Positions 12,881 through 24,382 of a stretch of DNA of 64,000 nucleotides are shown piece after piece. The notes beneath the pieces are model-generated. The model did not search any database. It was not told where the DNA came from and saw only the letters and a list, made by a program, of their open reading frames with translations. The stretch comes from Vicugna vicugna (Eukaryota): positions 932,001 to 996,000 of the forward strand of contig MU061538.1 of the NCBI GenBank assembly GCA_013265495.1. Direction: 5' to 3'. Both the position numbers and the translations under genes were made by a program. Position 1 is the stretch's first letter, and every line of letters starts with the position of its first letter.

Positions 12881-14529
12881 TCTATACTGTGAATTCCCTT
12901 TTTTGTGTAACTTTTCCCCCTGCAGTTAATAACTGTCCACATTTTTGTGTCTTCCCTTTTCTGTGAGATGTGTCCGTTTCCTCGCCTCCCACGGCCCTGT
13001 GTCCTGTCCTGCACCGTGCCCAGTGCCCTGCTGGTGCAGCTACCCTGTGAGCCACGTGTCCCCGGGGGCTGCACAGCTGTTGCTTCTGGAAACGCTGCGA
13101 TTGCTCAGGAAGAATGTAAGAGAAGTGGATCTGGCGAGATCGCCAGCCCCTGAGCGTCCTCCTCTGTGCTCGCCCACGACCGCAGTGTGCGTGCGTGTAG
13201 GACAGCATGCCCGTTGTCATGTCGCTCGCCCTGAGGGTCTCGGGGATTCGATGAGGCTGTGACCCCCACCCCTTGCACGTGACTGTGTCTCTCCTCTCTG
13301 GAGTCGTTCGGGATCCTCCCCCCAGTGGTGTGTACCTCACACCACGCGGGGCCTGTCACATTCTTGACTCGGGGATGTTGAAAAGTCCCTTTCAGTCTCA
13401 ACCTTGTGCCCTTCCGCTCTGGGGAAACGGCCTCAGCTATCCCTTTGATTTCTCCCTCCTGCCTTCCCTCTGCTTCCTCCTTCTGAAGCAGTCACTGCAG
13501 TCTGAGGTCGGGCTCCCGGGTGCCTCTGGCCCTGCCAGTCCCAAGCGCTCTGGCCGGCTCCCTCTGGCAGAGTTCCCCAGCCGTTCTCTCGTGTGCTTTC
13601 CTGTTATCTCTGTGCTGGCCTCTGGTTGTCACTCACGGTTCTCCTGCGCCTCGGAGCTGCCGCGTTCTGCCTCGCTGGTCGGAAGGTCCTGTCATTTCTT
13701 CGGCGGTTTTCTCCCTCTCCTTCCATTGTCTCTATCTCTCCTGAGACCCTTCTATCCTTTTACTGGTCTTCATCTCTCTCTGGCCTGTGAGAAGTGTGCC
13801 ATGATGTTCTTGGCTGTCCCTTCGATTGGTGAAGACGCTGGAGCCCTTGTGGGAGTCCTGCAGTGGAGGGACAGTGCCTGGTGTGGGGCGGACTCTTCCA
13901 CGGGAAGACGCCTCCGCGGTCGGTGGCGTTTGTGTTCTCTGTCGGAAACCCCCGAAGGGCAGCATCGTTTCCTCCAGAGTCCAGTGTGTCCAGAGCAGGA
14001 CGCTCCGGGCTCCTGCCCCAGGGGTGTACAGCTGCACTGTCCCTTCCAGAGCTGCAGGGGGCATGGGGGGCTCGTGGGTCCCACGGCTGCACCTCACTTC
14101 CCGCCCCCACGTGCCTAGTTCCCAGTCCGGGCTCTCCCTGGTTCAAGTTCTCCAAATAATAAAACTAAACCCCTGGGTGAATGGCTGTGGTTGCCTGTCT
14201 GTGGGGGGTGGCAACTGGGGCTCACTGGTCCTTATACAGATTTTCAAGCCACACTCGTGTCTGAAGTGCAGAGAAGACAGGAGAGAGGAGGGGTGAGGCG
14301 GAGCCTTTGCTCTGCGCTCACCCTTCCCCGCCGCCGCCTGTCCGCATCCCAGGGCCGGGGCTGAGCTCACCGCGCACCCGGCACCTGTTACGCGTGGGGC
14401 CCTAGCAACCACCAACAAAGTCGGTGCTGGCGCTCAGGGAGCTCCTCGCGGGTCAGACGCCGTCCCAGGCTCTGGGCAGACAAGACTGGAGGGCGGGGTG
14501 CTGACCGGGCGGCGGGGGGTGCCCTAAAA

Positions 14530-14830
14530 ATGGTCAGGAAAGCTTCTTCCAGAGAAGGTCACAAAAGATGACCTTTGACTGAGAGCTGAGTGTTCGCAGG
14601 AATCGCCCCAACAAGATTTGGAAGGAGAGGACTTAGGACGCAGGGAAGAGCCCAGAGGGAACACTCCGAGGCCGAGCAGTTTGGGCCTGAGCCTGCACTG
14701 GGAGAGGATGCGGGCCGACGGGCGGGGCCGGCCCGGGAGCTCTAGGCTAAGGCTGTGAACCAGAATCTGCCCCAAAGGAAGGGCCCTCTCCACCCCCAGC
14801 AGGAGGGTTTGAAGCAAGGCAGGGACGAGG
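14530..14830. mobile_element. L2 LINE fragment
   Basis: 'ggtcaggaaagcttcttccagagaaggt...tttgactgagagctgag' L2-like. Confidence 0.45.
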
Positions 14831-14914
14831 TTCTGCTTACGACGGACGCTCTTTACCTTTCTTCTCAAATTATGAGCAAGTTTTCAAATCATAGTCAAAA
14901 AAGTCAAGGACTTT

Positions 14915-15300
14915 TGGAGTATTCAGACTTAAAAAGGAAGGCAATCCTGACACCTGCTACAGTGTGGATGAACCTGGAGGACACGGTGCTCAGTGAAGCA
15001 AGCTCGTCGTCACAGAAGGACAGACACTGCTTCCACCTACCTGAGGCTCCTGGAGCGGTCAGATTCATAAAGACAGAAAGTAGAAGGTGGGTGACAGGGG
15101 GTAAAGGGCAGACGGGGACTCAGTGTTTGATGGGGATGGGGCTTTTGTGGAGATGAGGAGAGAGGTTCTGAGCGGATGCTGGGGATGGTTGCATAACAAC
15201 GTGAATGTGCTTAATGTCACCGAACTGTGCATTTCAAAATGGCTAAGACGGTACAGTTTACATTACATGCATTTTATCATAATTAAAATAGAAAGTAAAA
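14915..15300 (+). mobile_element. L1MB LINE 3' end
   Basis: 'ttaaaaaggaaggcaatcctgacacctgctacagtgtggatgaacctggaggac...aacaacgtgaatgtgcttaatgtcaccgaactgtgcattt'. Confidence 0.85.
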
Positions 15301-15744
15301 ATGAATGTTGAAACAGTCAAGGAATTGGAAGGGAGTTTTGAGAGCAATCGGAGAGAGGAGGTGCAGAAGAAGAGGTGGGTTCTCCGCACCCCCATCCCGG
15401 AGTTCCACTCTCAGTGCGCCCATGCCTTCCGTCCGTCAGCCAAGGTGCCCCATCCTACCCCTTCTTCCCAAACCCCAGGGTCCCTGGGGCGACTCCCCGT
15501 CCTCCCTCCCCCTTTATTTCCTGTCTGTCCTTTTCTTCTCCCTCTTACCCTGGGGATGGCCAACAGCAAGGTGGATGGTGTTCTGAGCTGAAGAATTTAT
15601 TGATTCTGGAGGGAAGGAACCTTTCAAAGAAAGAAGTGAACAAAGTGAACCTGTAGCCCAAACACTCTCGAGAGGTTCTCAGAAATCCTGATTCACGGGT
15701 GTGGGTGAAGGGATGACAGGCTGGCTGGCAAAACCAGGCAAGTG

Positions 15745-16905
15745 GGGCAGCGTCAACCTAAAACGCTTCCACGGAGCCAAGGAAACCGTCGACACGATGG
15801 AAAGGCAGCTACGGAGTGGGAGAAAATACGTGCAAACCACACATCTCATAAGGGGTTGCTGTTCAAAATGTATAAGGAACTCATATGACTCAACAGCAAA
15901 AAACAGCCAGACTGAAAAACAAAGGACCCAAACAGACATTTTTCTAAAGAAGACACAGAAGTGGCCGCCAGGTACATGAAAAGATGCTCACATCACTAAT
16001 CATCACGAAGATGCCGATCCAAACCACCGTGAGACACCCCCTCACCTGTCAGAATGGCGAGTACCCAAGACCCAAGAGATTATGAACGTTTGCAGGGATG
16101 TGGAGAAAAGGGAACCTTGTACGCTGTTGGCAGAAATGTAGATTGGCGCAGCCAGTACGGAAACAGTACGCAGTTTCCTCAAAAAATTACAAATGGAACC
16201 TTGCGACTCAGCAGTCCTGCTTCTGGGTATTTGGCCGAAGGATGTAACGTCAGAATTCCAAAGACGTATGGGCACCCTCCTGTTCACTGCATGGCTGTCC
16301 CCCTTAACCAAGACATGGACACAACCCCAGTGTCCTTCTGTGGGCGAGGGGGACACGTACACAACAGAACAGCATCGAGCCTCAGAAAAGAAGGAAATCC
16401 TGTCATTTGCGACAACGTGGACAGAGATGGAAGGCATTACACTAAAAAAGAAAAATCTAGTCACAAGACAAACACTGCATCATCTCACTTTTGTGTGGAA
16501 TCTAAAAACAGTCAACCGCAGGGGGAGTGGAGAGCTCAGGGGCAGAGCGTGTGCTTAGCACTCACAAGGCCCTGGGTTCGATCCCCAGTCCCTCCTCCAA
16601 ATCTAATTAAATTACCCCTCCCTGCTAACAAAAAGAACATGAATTTAAAAACAGTCAAACACATAGAAGCAGAGAGCGGCATGGTGGATGTCGGTCACCG
16701 GTGCGCAGCTTCAGCCAGTCGAGAGCACCTCTGAGGATGCAGCGCGCAGCCGTGTGACTGTGGTGACCGCTCTGTTGTGCACTTGGAATCTGCTAAGAGG
16801 ACGGCTCTTAAACTCAACCTGCTCGCACCACAGTAGCTGCCACACAAGACGGCTCCTATGCGAGGGGATGGGTACCAGAGCTTTTCACGGCGTGTACATG
16901 CGCCG
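15745..16905 (+). mobile_element. L1MA/MB LINE 3' portion (interrupted by a SINE)
   Basis: Continuous ORF2 C-terminal/3' UTR similarity e.g. 'ggtacatgaaaagatgctcacatcactaatcatc', 'ggatgtggagaaaagggaacc', 'aaggaaatcctgtcatttgcgacaac'. Confidence 0.85.
16521..16646 (+). mobile_element. tRNA-derived SINE (Vic-1-like) nested in L1
   Basis: Head with B box gggttcgatccc; exact 12-bp TSD aaaaacagtcaa at 16504-16515 and 16647-16658. Confidence 0.9.
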
Positions 16906-17299
16906 AGCAGGGCATCTCTGAGGCCCTGGGGCTGCGGCTGCAGCTGCGGCTCCTCCCGCGGCTTCCATCTGGTGGCACGCTTGGAGGCCCCCCGAGATTC
17001 AGTCAGCCGACAGCCACAGCGAGCCCAGGCACTCAGGTAAACGCTGGCGGACAGGAGGGCAGGCCTGTAAAAGCTCAGAGGAGGGGCACGTTCACACGGC
17101 TAACGTGCTTCTAAAGATTCCAAAAGAGTAAGTGAGTTTTGAAGGAAGAGGAAAACATCTCAATTTCTCTTGTTGGCAAAGCCCGTGTCTTCCTGAGCTA
17201 CGTGCTAAAGTCATTGACCCTAAAAAGAAATGCATTTTCAGAAATTATTTTTAAAAGCCGTGAGCTTTTCCAGGAGTCTCGAAGCATAAATCACGCCTT

Positions 17300-18090
17300 T
17301 CACAAAAACCCATAAAATACACTCAGCCTGAGCGATGAGATGAAATCCAGACAAACCTCATGATCACAGTCACCAGCCCCGAGTCCAGGCCTGGACAGGA
17401 GGCCGCTGCCGGGGTTCTCTGCTCTCAGACAAGCAATCCATAAACCAGGATCGCAACCTCGCCAAGTCTTTTGCTCTAGAAGTTGACATTCCTGACACAT
17501 TTTGACACGGCCTCGCTCTCTGGGATGTGTAATCTGTCCCACTGCTAAAGCAAGTTTCATCTCATTTCCTTCTGACACGCTGTTAGGAATTTGGAAACTT
17601 GGAACAATTTGAACAGTATTTTGTCACCGAAGCAGCACCGATTTGAGATGTTCTCATATTATTTTGATCAGAAGCAGCACAGCTTCATGTCCGGAAGGAG
17701 CCGCACGTTACCACCAGTAAATTAGACGCGTGGTGACAGTCGCCTTGCACAATAGCCATACATCTGTTGTACCTGACGGGGCTCTAGGCCTGAGTTTGGG
17801 AAACCCTGGAACCTTCCCAAGGAATTCAGAGTCTAAAAAGCAAGCTGGACAAATTCTCAAGGTTAAAATAAATGTTTAACTCTCTTTGACTTAAAAGAAA
17901 GTATGAACATCAGATCATGTGGCTGAGAAAAGGTGAATAGATTGTGAGGGTGCACGGAAATGAAAATAAAAAGTAGAGAATGTCGAAAGCCAAACACAGA
18001 GAATGTCCCACCTGTGTGACCAAAATGGCTCAGTTATTCTGAGTAAGTGACTAGCCATTAATAATGCGTCAGACAATCTCAGACTGGCCC
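17300..18090. promoter_or_regulatory. Candidate conserved non-coding element / enhancer
   Basis: Repeat-free AT-richer island in GC-rich background with several TGACA/TGTCA, TAAT and CATAAA motifs. Confidence 0.35.
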
Positions 18091-18359
18091 GTTGGTTGCT
18101 GCAGACAGTCTGAGTAAGCCAGAGGAGCCAGCGGGGGCCTTGGCGGAACGTCGGTGCTGCGGCCAGAGGCTGAGCGAGCCCAAGCAAGAGAAGCAGGTGC
18201 TGGCGTCTGCAGGTGCCGCGGGGCCCCGCCGGGCGCTCCGTTCCCTGAGCATCAGGCTCATCACTCCCCAGGGATTCTGGGCAGATCCTGATTCCAGTAA
18301 ACATTGCTCTCATGGAGCAAGGAGGGCTCTTGTTTTCAACTGCAGGAGGTGATGATGTC

Positions 18360-18800
18360 CGTGGTGGGTTAGTTTCCGGTGGTGGCTTAACAGATGACCA
18401 CAAATTTCGTTGCTTAAAGCCATGCTGTGTTACGTTTCATTTCTAAAGCTCAGAAGTCTGACTTGGGGGTCTCTGGGCTAAAATAAGTTTTCAGCAAGAA
18501 TGGTTCCTTCTGCGATTTAGGGGAGAATCTGTTTTCTTACCTCTTCTGGCTCCTGGAGGCAGCCACGCTCCCTGCTCGAGGTCTCTGACCGGCCATCACG
18601 TCACTCCCACCTCTGCTTCTCCTGTCGCGTTTCCTTCTCTGACCGACCCCCTGCCTCCCTCTTACAAGGACAGCTCCCCTGTGTCTGCATCCTTAACGTT
18701 CGCATCTGCAGTTGTTCCCTTTGTCCACAAGGTGACATACTCACAGGTTCTGGGGATTGTGACGTGGACACGATTGGGGACCATCACCCCACCAACCACG
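18360..18800 (-). mobile_element. MLT1C/D-type LTR
   Basis: 'tagtttcc...aacagatgaccacaaatt...gggagaatctgttttcttacctcttctggctcctggaggcagcc...aaggtgacatactcacaggttctggggatt'. Confidence 0.75.
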
Positions 18801-18830
18801 AGTGCATTTCTTATTTAACATATTTGGAAC

Positions 18831-18935
18831 GGAGGCGGGTAGAGCTAGCAGTGGCAGAGCGCGTGCTCAGCATGCGTGTGGTCCTGGGTCCAATCCCCAG
18901 AGCCTTCATTAAAAAATAATAATAATAAAGTAAAA
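18831..18935 (+). mobile_element. tRNA-derived SINE (Vic-1-like)
   Basis: gggtagagctagcagtggcagagcgcgtgctcagcatgcgtgtggtcctgggtccaatcccc plus (AAT)n tail. Confidence 0.85.
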
Positions 18936-20394
18936 TCACATTGAAGAAGGAGGGCTTTTTGGAAGCGCCCGGGGGCAGAATTTAGTATCATCAGAGCAGA
19001 GGAGCGACCTGGTGGCACCTGAGGACATGTGAAGGCAGCCCCTACCTTGGCCAGAAGCCAGTGAGTGACTCCCGCCGCAACTCGGCGCAGGGGGCTTCAC
19101 AGACAAAACTGGAAGGGTCTCTGGGACCAGGAATGGTGCCATTCAGGTCAGTCCACTGAGCAAAGTGTTTTTTGAGTGCCCACTGTGTGCTCTGAGGGAC
19201 AGCCTGTCCTGAAGATGCTTACTGTCTCGTTCAAGGACACACAAAGCATTGAGGATGGCCAGCCTGAGACGTGAGTGGGGAAGGACTTTGCTGGGGTTGC
19301 GGGAGCCAAGGGAGCAAAGACGGGGGAACCGGGTCCCCTCATCCACCTGCTCCACGCCTTGCCCATCACAGCCCTGAGGGCATCGTCCACCCCATTCCCG
19401 TCTGTCCACTGCTGCTCCTGAGCTCCGGACATGGCTGCCACCTGCCTGCCTCACAGACACCAGAACTCAACACGAGCGTGTTTCTAAAACCCTCTCCTTT
19501 CCTGGATTCCCTCCTGACACTATCCTCCCTGCCCTCGGCCAGGAGCCAGGGCTCCCCTAGACTCTGTTCTTCTGGTCTCTTCTCTTCCTGTCCCTGGACC
19601 GGCTGCTGCCCACCTGATGTCTCTGTCCAGTCGATGTCTCCTTGCTCTGTCCACTCATCACCTGCTGCCCACGCCCTGCATCCCCACGGCCTCTTACAGG
19701 CTGTTCCTCCTTTCCAGGAAAATCACCAGGTCTGGCAGAGTACACATCACTGAAGCTCGCAGTTGGCACCACCATGTTTCGGGTCACGGTCTAAAGCCTG
19801 TTGGTGCCTGGGTGCCCTCATCACCTGCCTGGGCAGGGTGCCCTGTTCTCGTGGGTCTCGGGGGAGGCTCATCGGCCCTGGACCCAGCCCTTCTGTTGGT
19901 GTGGCCTCTGCTAAGAGTGGCCCAGCACCAGGGATGACTGGATGCTGACCCCAGCTGCTTGGAGACCGCTCCCGGCAGAGGAGGAAGGCTCACCTGCCCG
20001 CACTGCCCGCCAGGCGAGGGGCAGCGCTTCAGAGTCCATCACTCAGCCCCAGCTTCCTTCTCCAGCAGACCTGCCCAGGCCACTGGGCAGCCCACCCTGC
20101 CTCCTCTCCCACCAGCCTCCTCTGCGCTGACGTCAGACTGATGGATCACAATGGCCACCACCTGGAACAGTCAGAAGAAAATGCCAAGCACCATTAAGAA
20201 ACTTCTGTTTTAAAATAAGTGTTCACTGCGCAGACAAGAGGAAACCGGGCTCTGTCCTCGTGGGCCTCCAGATGTCTCCAGTCACTTCTGGTCCAAGTTC
20301 TGGAGACGTATTTCATGACCAGTTTCTAAACTGCCTGAAACAAAGCGATCTAGTGACCTCTTATCAGTGTGACGTGGGGCACACATGTGCAGCC

Positions 20395-20840
20395 CTCCCC
20401 TTGTGAAATAAATCAGGGCCCGTAATGAACAAGGACTGGTGCGATTGCCAGCACAGGGAATTAGTTTGGGCACCACCTGCGGGATCACCCGGCACAGCAG
20501 TTACAATTAATGGATTTAATTTTAAATGCAAGGGCCTCCACATCAAAGTGCTAAAGACGTCCATTTTGGCATTCTTATGACTCTTTGATTGTAATTGATG
20601 TACCTGGGAACGGTGTCAGCGGTGCCCGTTTCCACACAGGTGCTGGGCCCCCTCAACACGCCCCCCCCGGCGGGTGATCGGCGGCGATAGGCAACATGGT
20701 TTTGATGAAATCCAAATTTATTAGGGTTATTAAAAGTCATTAATTATTTGGCACCATCCAGATTTCATTTGCTTCATCCTTAATGAAAATTGACAGCTTT
20801 ACATTTTTAGGTGTAAAGAGTGGGATTTAGCTTTAAATGC
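20395..20840. promoter_or_regulatory. Candidate conserved enhancer with TCF/LEF and homeodomain sites
   Basis: ACATCAAAG (20540-20548), CTTTGAT (20583-20589), several TAATTG/TAATGG, TGACAG; no repeat signature. Confidence 0.55.
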
Positions 20841-21889
20841 TTTCTGTCCTGTTCCTATGGCTGTGGCCTCCCCTATCTTTCCCTCGTCCCTCCCCCCCCC
20901 CCTTCTTCCCCCCATCCCCCCGTATTGATTTGCAGCCCTTTCCCTTTCAGACGCATGGGTAATTTGTCTTCCCCTGAGCCCCTCTCCATGGGCCCTGTGG
21001 AAACTCCCCTCCAAACCCAAGGACAATGGTTTCGGGACAGAAGTGGGCTCTGAAGGCGTGAATCCAATTACCCAGCCTGGGGAGAAGCAGAGCCGAGAAT
21101 TGAAAGCCCTGTTCTGAAAAGGAGCAGCGCCATTTCATCTGGCAGTGCCCCTCCTGCTCGCGTAACGTATCTGGGTGTTTAACAGCTTAGCTGGTGGCCG
21201 TGGAAGAAAACACAGCCGGCTGCGGGGTCACCTCTCACACAGGAGGCCGGGCCAGCCATCTGTCCCCTGCTGCCGGGCGGGTTTGCAAGTGAGGGTGTAA
21301 ATGTCAGGGGAGCCCTGGTTGCGAGAGGCACCAACTGGGCAGGCGACTCAGGCTGGGAGAACTGAGGGCCCGAGCTGCTGCTCTTGCTGCGCTGGTGTCG
21401 CCTGGTTTTCCTCCCAAACCAGCAAGGCTGCAGTGTGGAGGCCCGTGAAATCCATGCTGTGACCTCTGTCACAGGCAGACACTGCCTCCCACGAGCTAAG
21501 CGGGCCCCAGGTCACTCAGGATGTCTCATGTGGTGGGCATTCCCGACTGGGAATAGAGGTCGACTCAGGGAGGGGGGAGCTGAATGAGGAAAAATGCAAA
21601 TCTTGGCAAAGTTCTGCCTGTACCTGTTCATTCTCTTCCTCTGGGACTGGAGAGGCACCTGCTAAAAGCGCAGACTTAGCCACCACAATTTACTCTGTAT
21701 TATTTCCACTGTATGCACGTAGATAGACGCAAAAGAATCCTTTCAAAGAAACAAAATTTCCCCCATTGTCTATGCAGAAAAAGTAGAAATGAACTAAAGG
21801 AGTTATTTGTGTCCTTCAGACAGAAAATGCTGTGACTCAGAAAAGAGTTTGCACCTGAATCCTTCGACTCTGCTGCGCTGAGTGAGCCC

Positions 21890-23075
21890 AGGGCCGGGGG
21901 GCGGCGTGGGGGGCGCCGCCTCCCCGCTGCTTCCCTCCCTCTGCTCCTGTCAACACAAACCCACCCGAGGGCTGCGATGCCCTCGATCGATCGAGGGACG
22001 GGCCTGGGATTAAGGCAGGAGTCTCTCCAAGTTCTTAGTTAAGATGAAAAACTCCCCGGGAACGCCGTCATGTGGGGTCAAACAGGACAGTGAGGATTCT
22101 CAGCCTGGGCACTGGCGGTGTTTTGGAGCAAGGATCATTCTCCGCGGTGGGGGCGGGGGGCGGCCGCTGGCAGCATCCCTGGTCTCGCGGCGGCGTGGCG
22201 CGCGGGAACCGGGCGCCTGCGGAGGGCGTCCGCTCACCTCTCCTTTCCATCGCTTGCCGGAGCCAAAGCGCTAGGAAACAGCAGTGAGGACCACATCCGA
22301 CCTGAAGAAGCTCGTCTAGCGGAAAGGCGAGCGCAGGACTGACCCGCTGACCCGCTGGAGGGGGGCACCGCGCCCTGAGCCCGTCCGCTCCCTCCGGGGG
22401 CCGCCTCCGACACGCAACTGGATGAGCTCCCGTGGCTCGGCCAGCGCTGCTGAGGTTTTCTCTTTTCGCTTTGATTGGGAAACTGCAGGCTAAGAGCCCG
22501 CGGCGCGCGCTCACTCGGAGAACAGCAGGCTTCGTGCCGGCGGGGTGCAGCTGTGCCCGACGGTCGCGCGCCCCGCCTCCCTCGGCCGGGCTGCTGGCTT
22601 CCCTCCCAGTCACTGGGTCAGAGAGGGGAGCGCCGGGGCTGGTCCCACGGGCCGCAGGAGGGACGCGGCCTGGCTTTGCGCGCCTCCCCTCCGCGGCTGT
22701 GATGCGGCTGCTCCCCAGGGGCGTGGGCGGCGGGCACCCCGCACGGAGCCGCTCCCCGGCCTGCCCCGCTCTCCTCCCGCAGACCCTGACGCCAGGAAGC
22801 AGCTCGTCCCAGCCTTCCCTTTATAGGGTTTGAAGTTGCAGAGGCAACAGTAACTTCCCCCAAAGGCCCCGCATGGTGACAGCTACCAATCTGGAGGCCC
22901 AGGGAGAACCAGCTCAGAGGGCCGTCTTCCTGCGTCTGCGCTGGCCTGGCCCCCTCCTGCACGGGGTCGTAAGTGTTCCCCTGGTGAAGTGCAAGCACCA
23001 GCCCGTCTGTCTGCTAACGCCTCGGCGGGCATGTCTCAGACTCCGCGGGGAGAACGAGAGACCAGGCGGCTAAGA
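21890..23075. promoter_or_regulatory. Orphan CpG island, possible minus-strand promoter
   Basis: Dense CpG/GC; minus-strand TATAAAG at 22819-22825; CCAAT (attgg) near 22474; GC boxes; no recognisable coding frame. Confidence 0.65.
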
Positions 23076-23627
23076 CAGCAGCGCTAGCAGGAGTGAAGGA
23101 AACGTTCCTTTCTTCTGTCTAATCAGAGCGCTGGTGAGGAGCCCCCCATACACCACGGGAAGAAGCGGACTGAAAGAGCTCCAGGATGTCCTGGGACGTT
23201 CTTCAGGCCCGCAGCACACTGGACCACAGAAGACCATCTCTGGGAAGGAGACAGCCCGGGAGAGTGTGCAGCCCCCACGCCAGGTCGGGTCCAGACACCC
23301 CCCGACTGTCCCGACAGCAGCCACCACCAGCACCTGGCAGCGACGGGGAGAAGGGACCCTCTTCCCCACTTGGTCACCTGACTCAGGGACCGGTCCCTCA
23401 TACCCAGTGACACAGGCCACAGGACAGAGGCGAGAAGCACATCCTGTCCTTGCTAAGCTCTGGCGGCTCACGAGGGGAGCAGGAGGACCTCCTCGTCTGT
23501 GGTCACGGCCCTCAGCTCTCAGTCAGACTCCACAGCTTTAGAAAATGCTTTACACGCTTAGCAGCCCTTTCTCCCAGTAGTTTGAGGTCCCCCTGGTGCC
23601 ACTTTTAAGTACCGTTTCTCTCCTTAT

Positions 23628-23762
23628 TTTCTATGTTTTCTCTTGTGGGGCGGGGGAGGTAATTCAGTGTATTCATTTACTTTGAGAGGAGGTGCCGGGG
23701 ATTGAACCCAGGGCCTCAAGCGTGCTAAACGTGCGCTCCACCCCTGAGCTCTGCCCTCCACC
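23628..23762 (-). mobile_element. tRNA-derived SINE (Vic-1-like)
   Basis: ggggattgaacccagggcctcaagcgtgctaaacgtgcgctccacccctgagctctgccctcc. Confidence 0.88.
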
Positions 23763-23929
23763 TTATATTTATTCTCAAATATGCAAATGTTGAAGCCACA
23801 GCAGCTTGAGACTCAAGAAGAAAATCTGAATATAAATTTAAAGGAATTTCTGGCCCCCACATTTACCGGGGCAGGTAGGTAGTAGGCTCAGGCCAGCCAC
23901 GGGTGTGTTTCCTTTGACCCGTTCAGTGT

Positions 23930-24382
23930 TTTAGCGTTCTTCCTTTCACTTGAACGCTTAGAGGCCACTGCAGGTTTATTAACCGGCCTAATTCCAATAT
24001 TGTTGTGTCTCAGGGAACAGGCAGGGGGCCCAAGGAGAGGAGGCAGGGTGGGGGGAGCAGACACAACACACACAGCATTGACAACACACAACACACACAC
24101 CACGTCACATGCAGGCGCAGACATGGAGCCCCCAAACTTCTACAAATGGTAACATCAAAGATCGCTGATCACAGGTCACCGTGACAAATGTAACAATAAT
24201 GAAAAGTTCAGATACCATTAGAATTACCCAAATACGACAGAGACACAAAGTGAGCAAATGCTGTTGGGAAAATGGCACCAGCAGACTGCCTGGCGTGGAG
24301 CCGCCACAAACCCTCAATCTGTGCGAAACGCAGCCTCAGTGAAGTCTCATATAGCTGAGCGCAGTAGCGCGAGGTCTGCCTG
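23930..24382 (-). mobile_element. Tigger1 (TcMar-Tigger) 5' portion
   Basis: Minus strand begins CAGGCAGACCTCG (Tigger1 TIR), contains 'ccctgagacacaacaatattggaattaggcc'; ORF 23888..24124 has ASKRSSERK, like the transposase start MASKCSSERK. Confidence 0.88.

Noticed and set aside
13273..14118. 281-aa ORF, the longest in the track
   Set aside because: Non-ATG start, L/S/P/C-rich low-information sequence, no domain; overlaps pyrimidine-rich DNA resembling decayed antisense L1/HAL1
16054..16734. 226-aa ORF
   Set aside because: Runs through an L1 3' region and a nested SINE; chance open frame
1..23075. ZFAND2A-UNCX locus identity
   Set aside because: ZFAND2A is compact, so its AN1 zinc-finger exons should lie within a few kb of either CpG island; I could not find them
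24060..24105. (ACA/AC)n-like repeat
   Set aside because: Local slippage of the TG-rich segment within Tigger1
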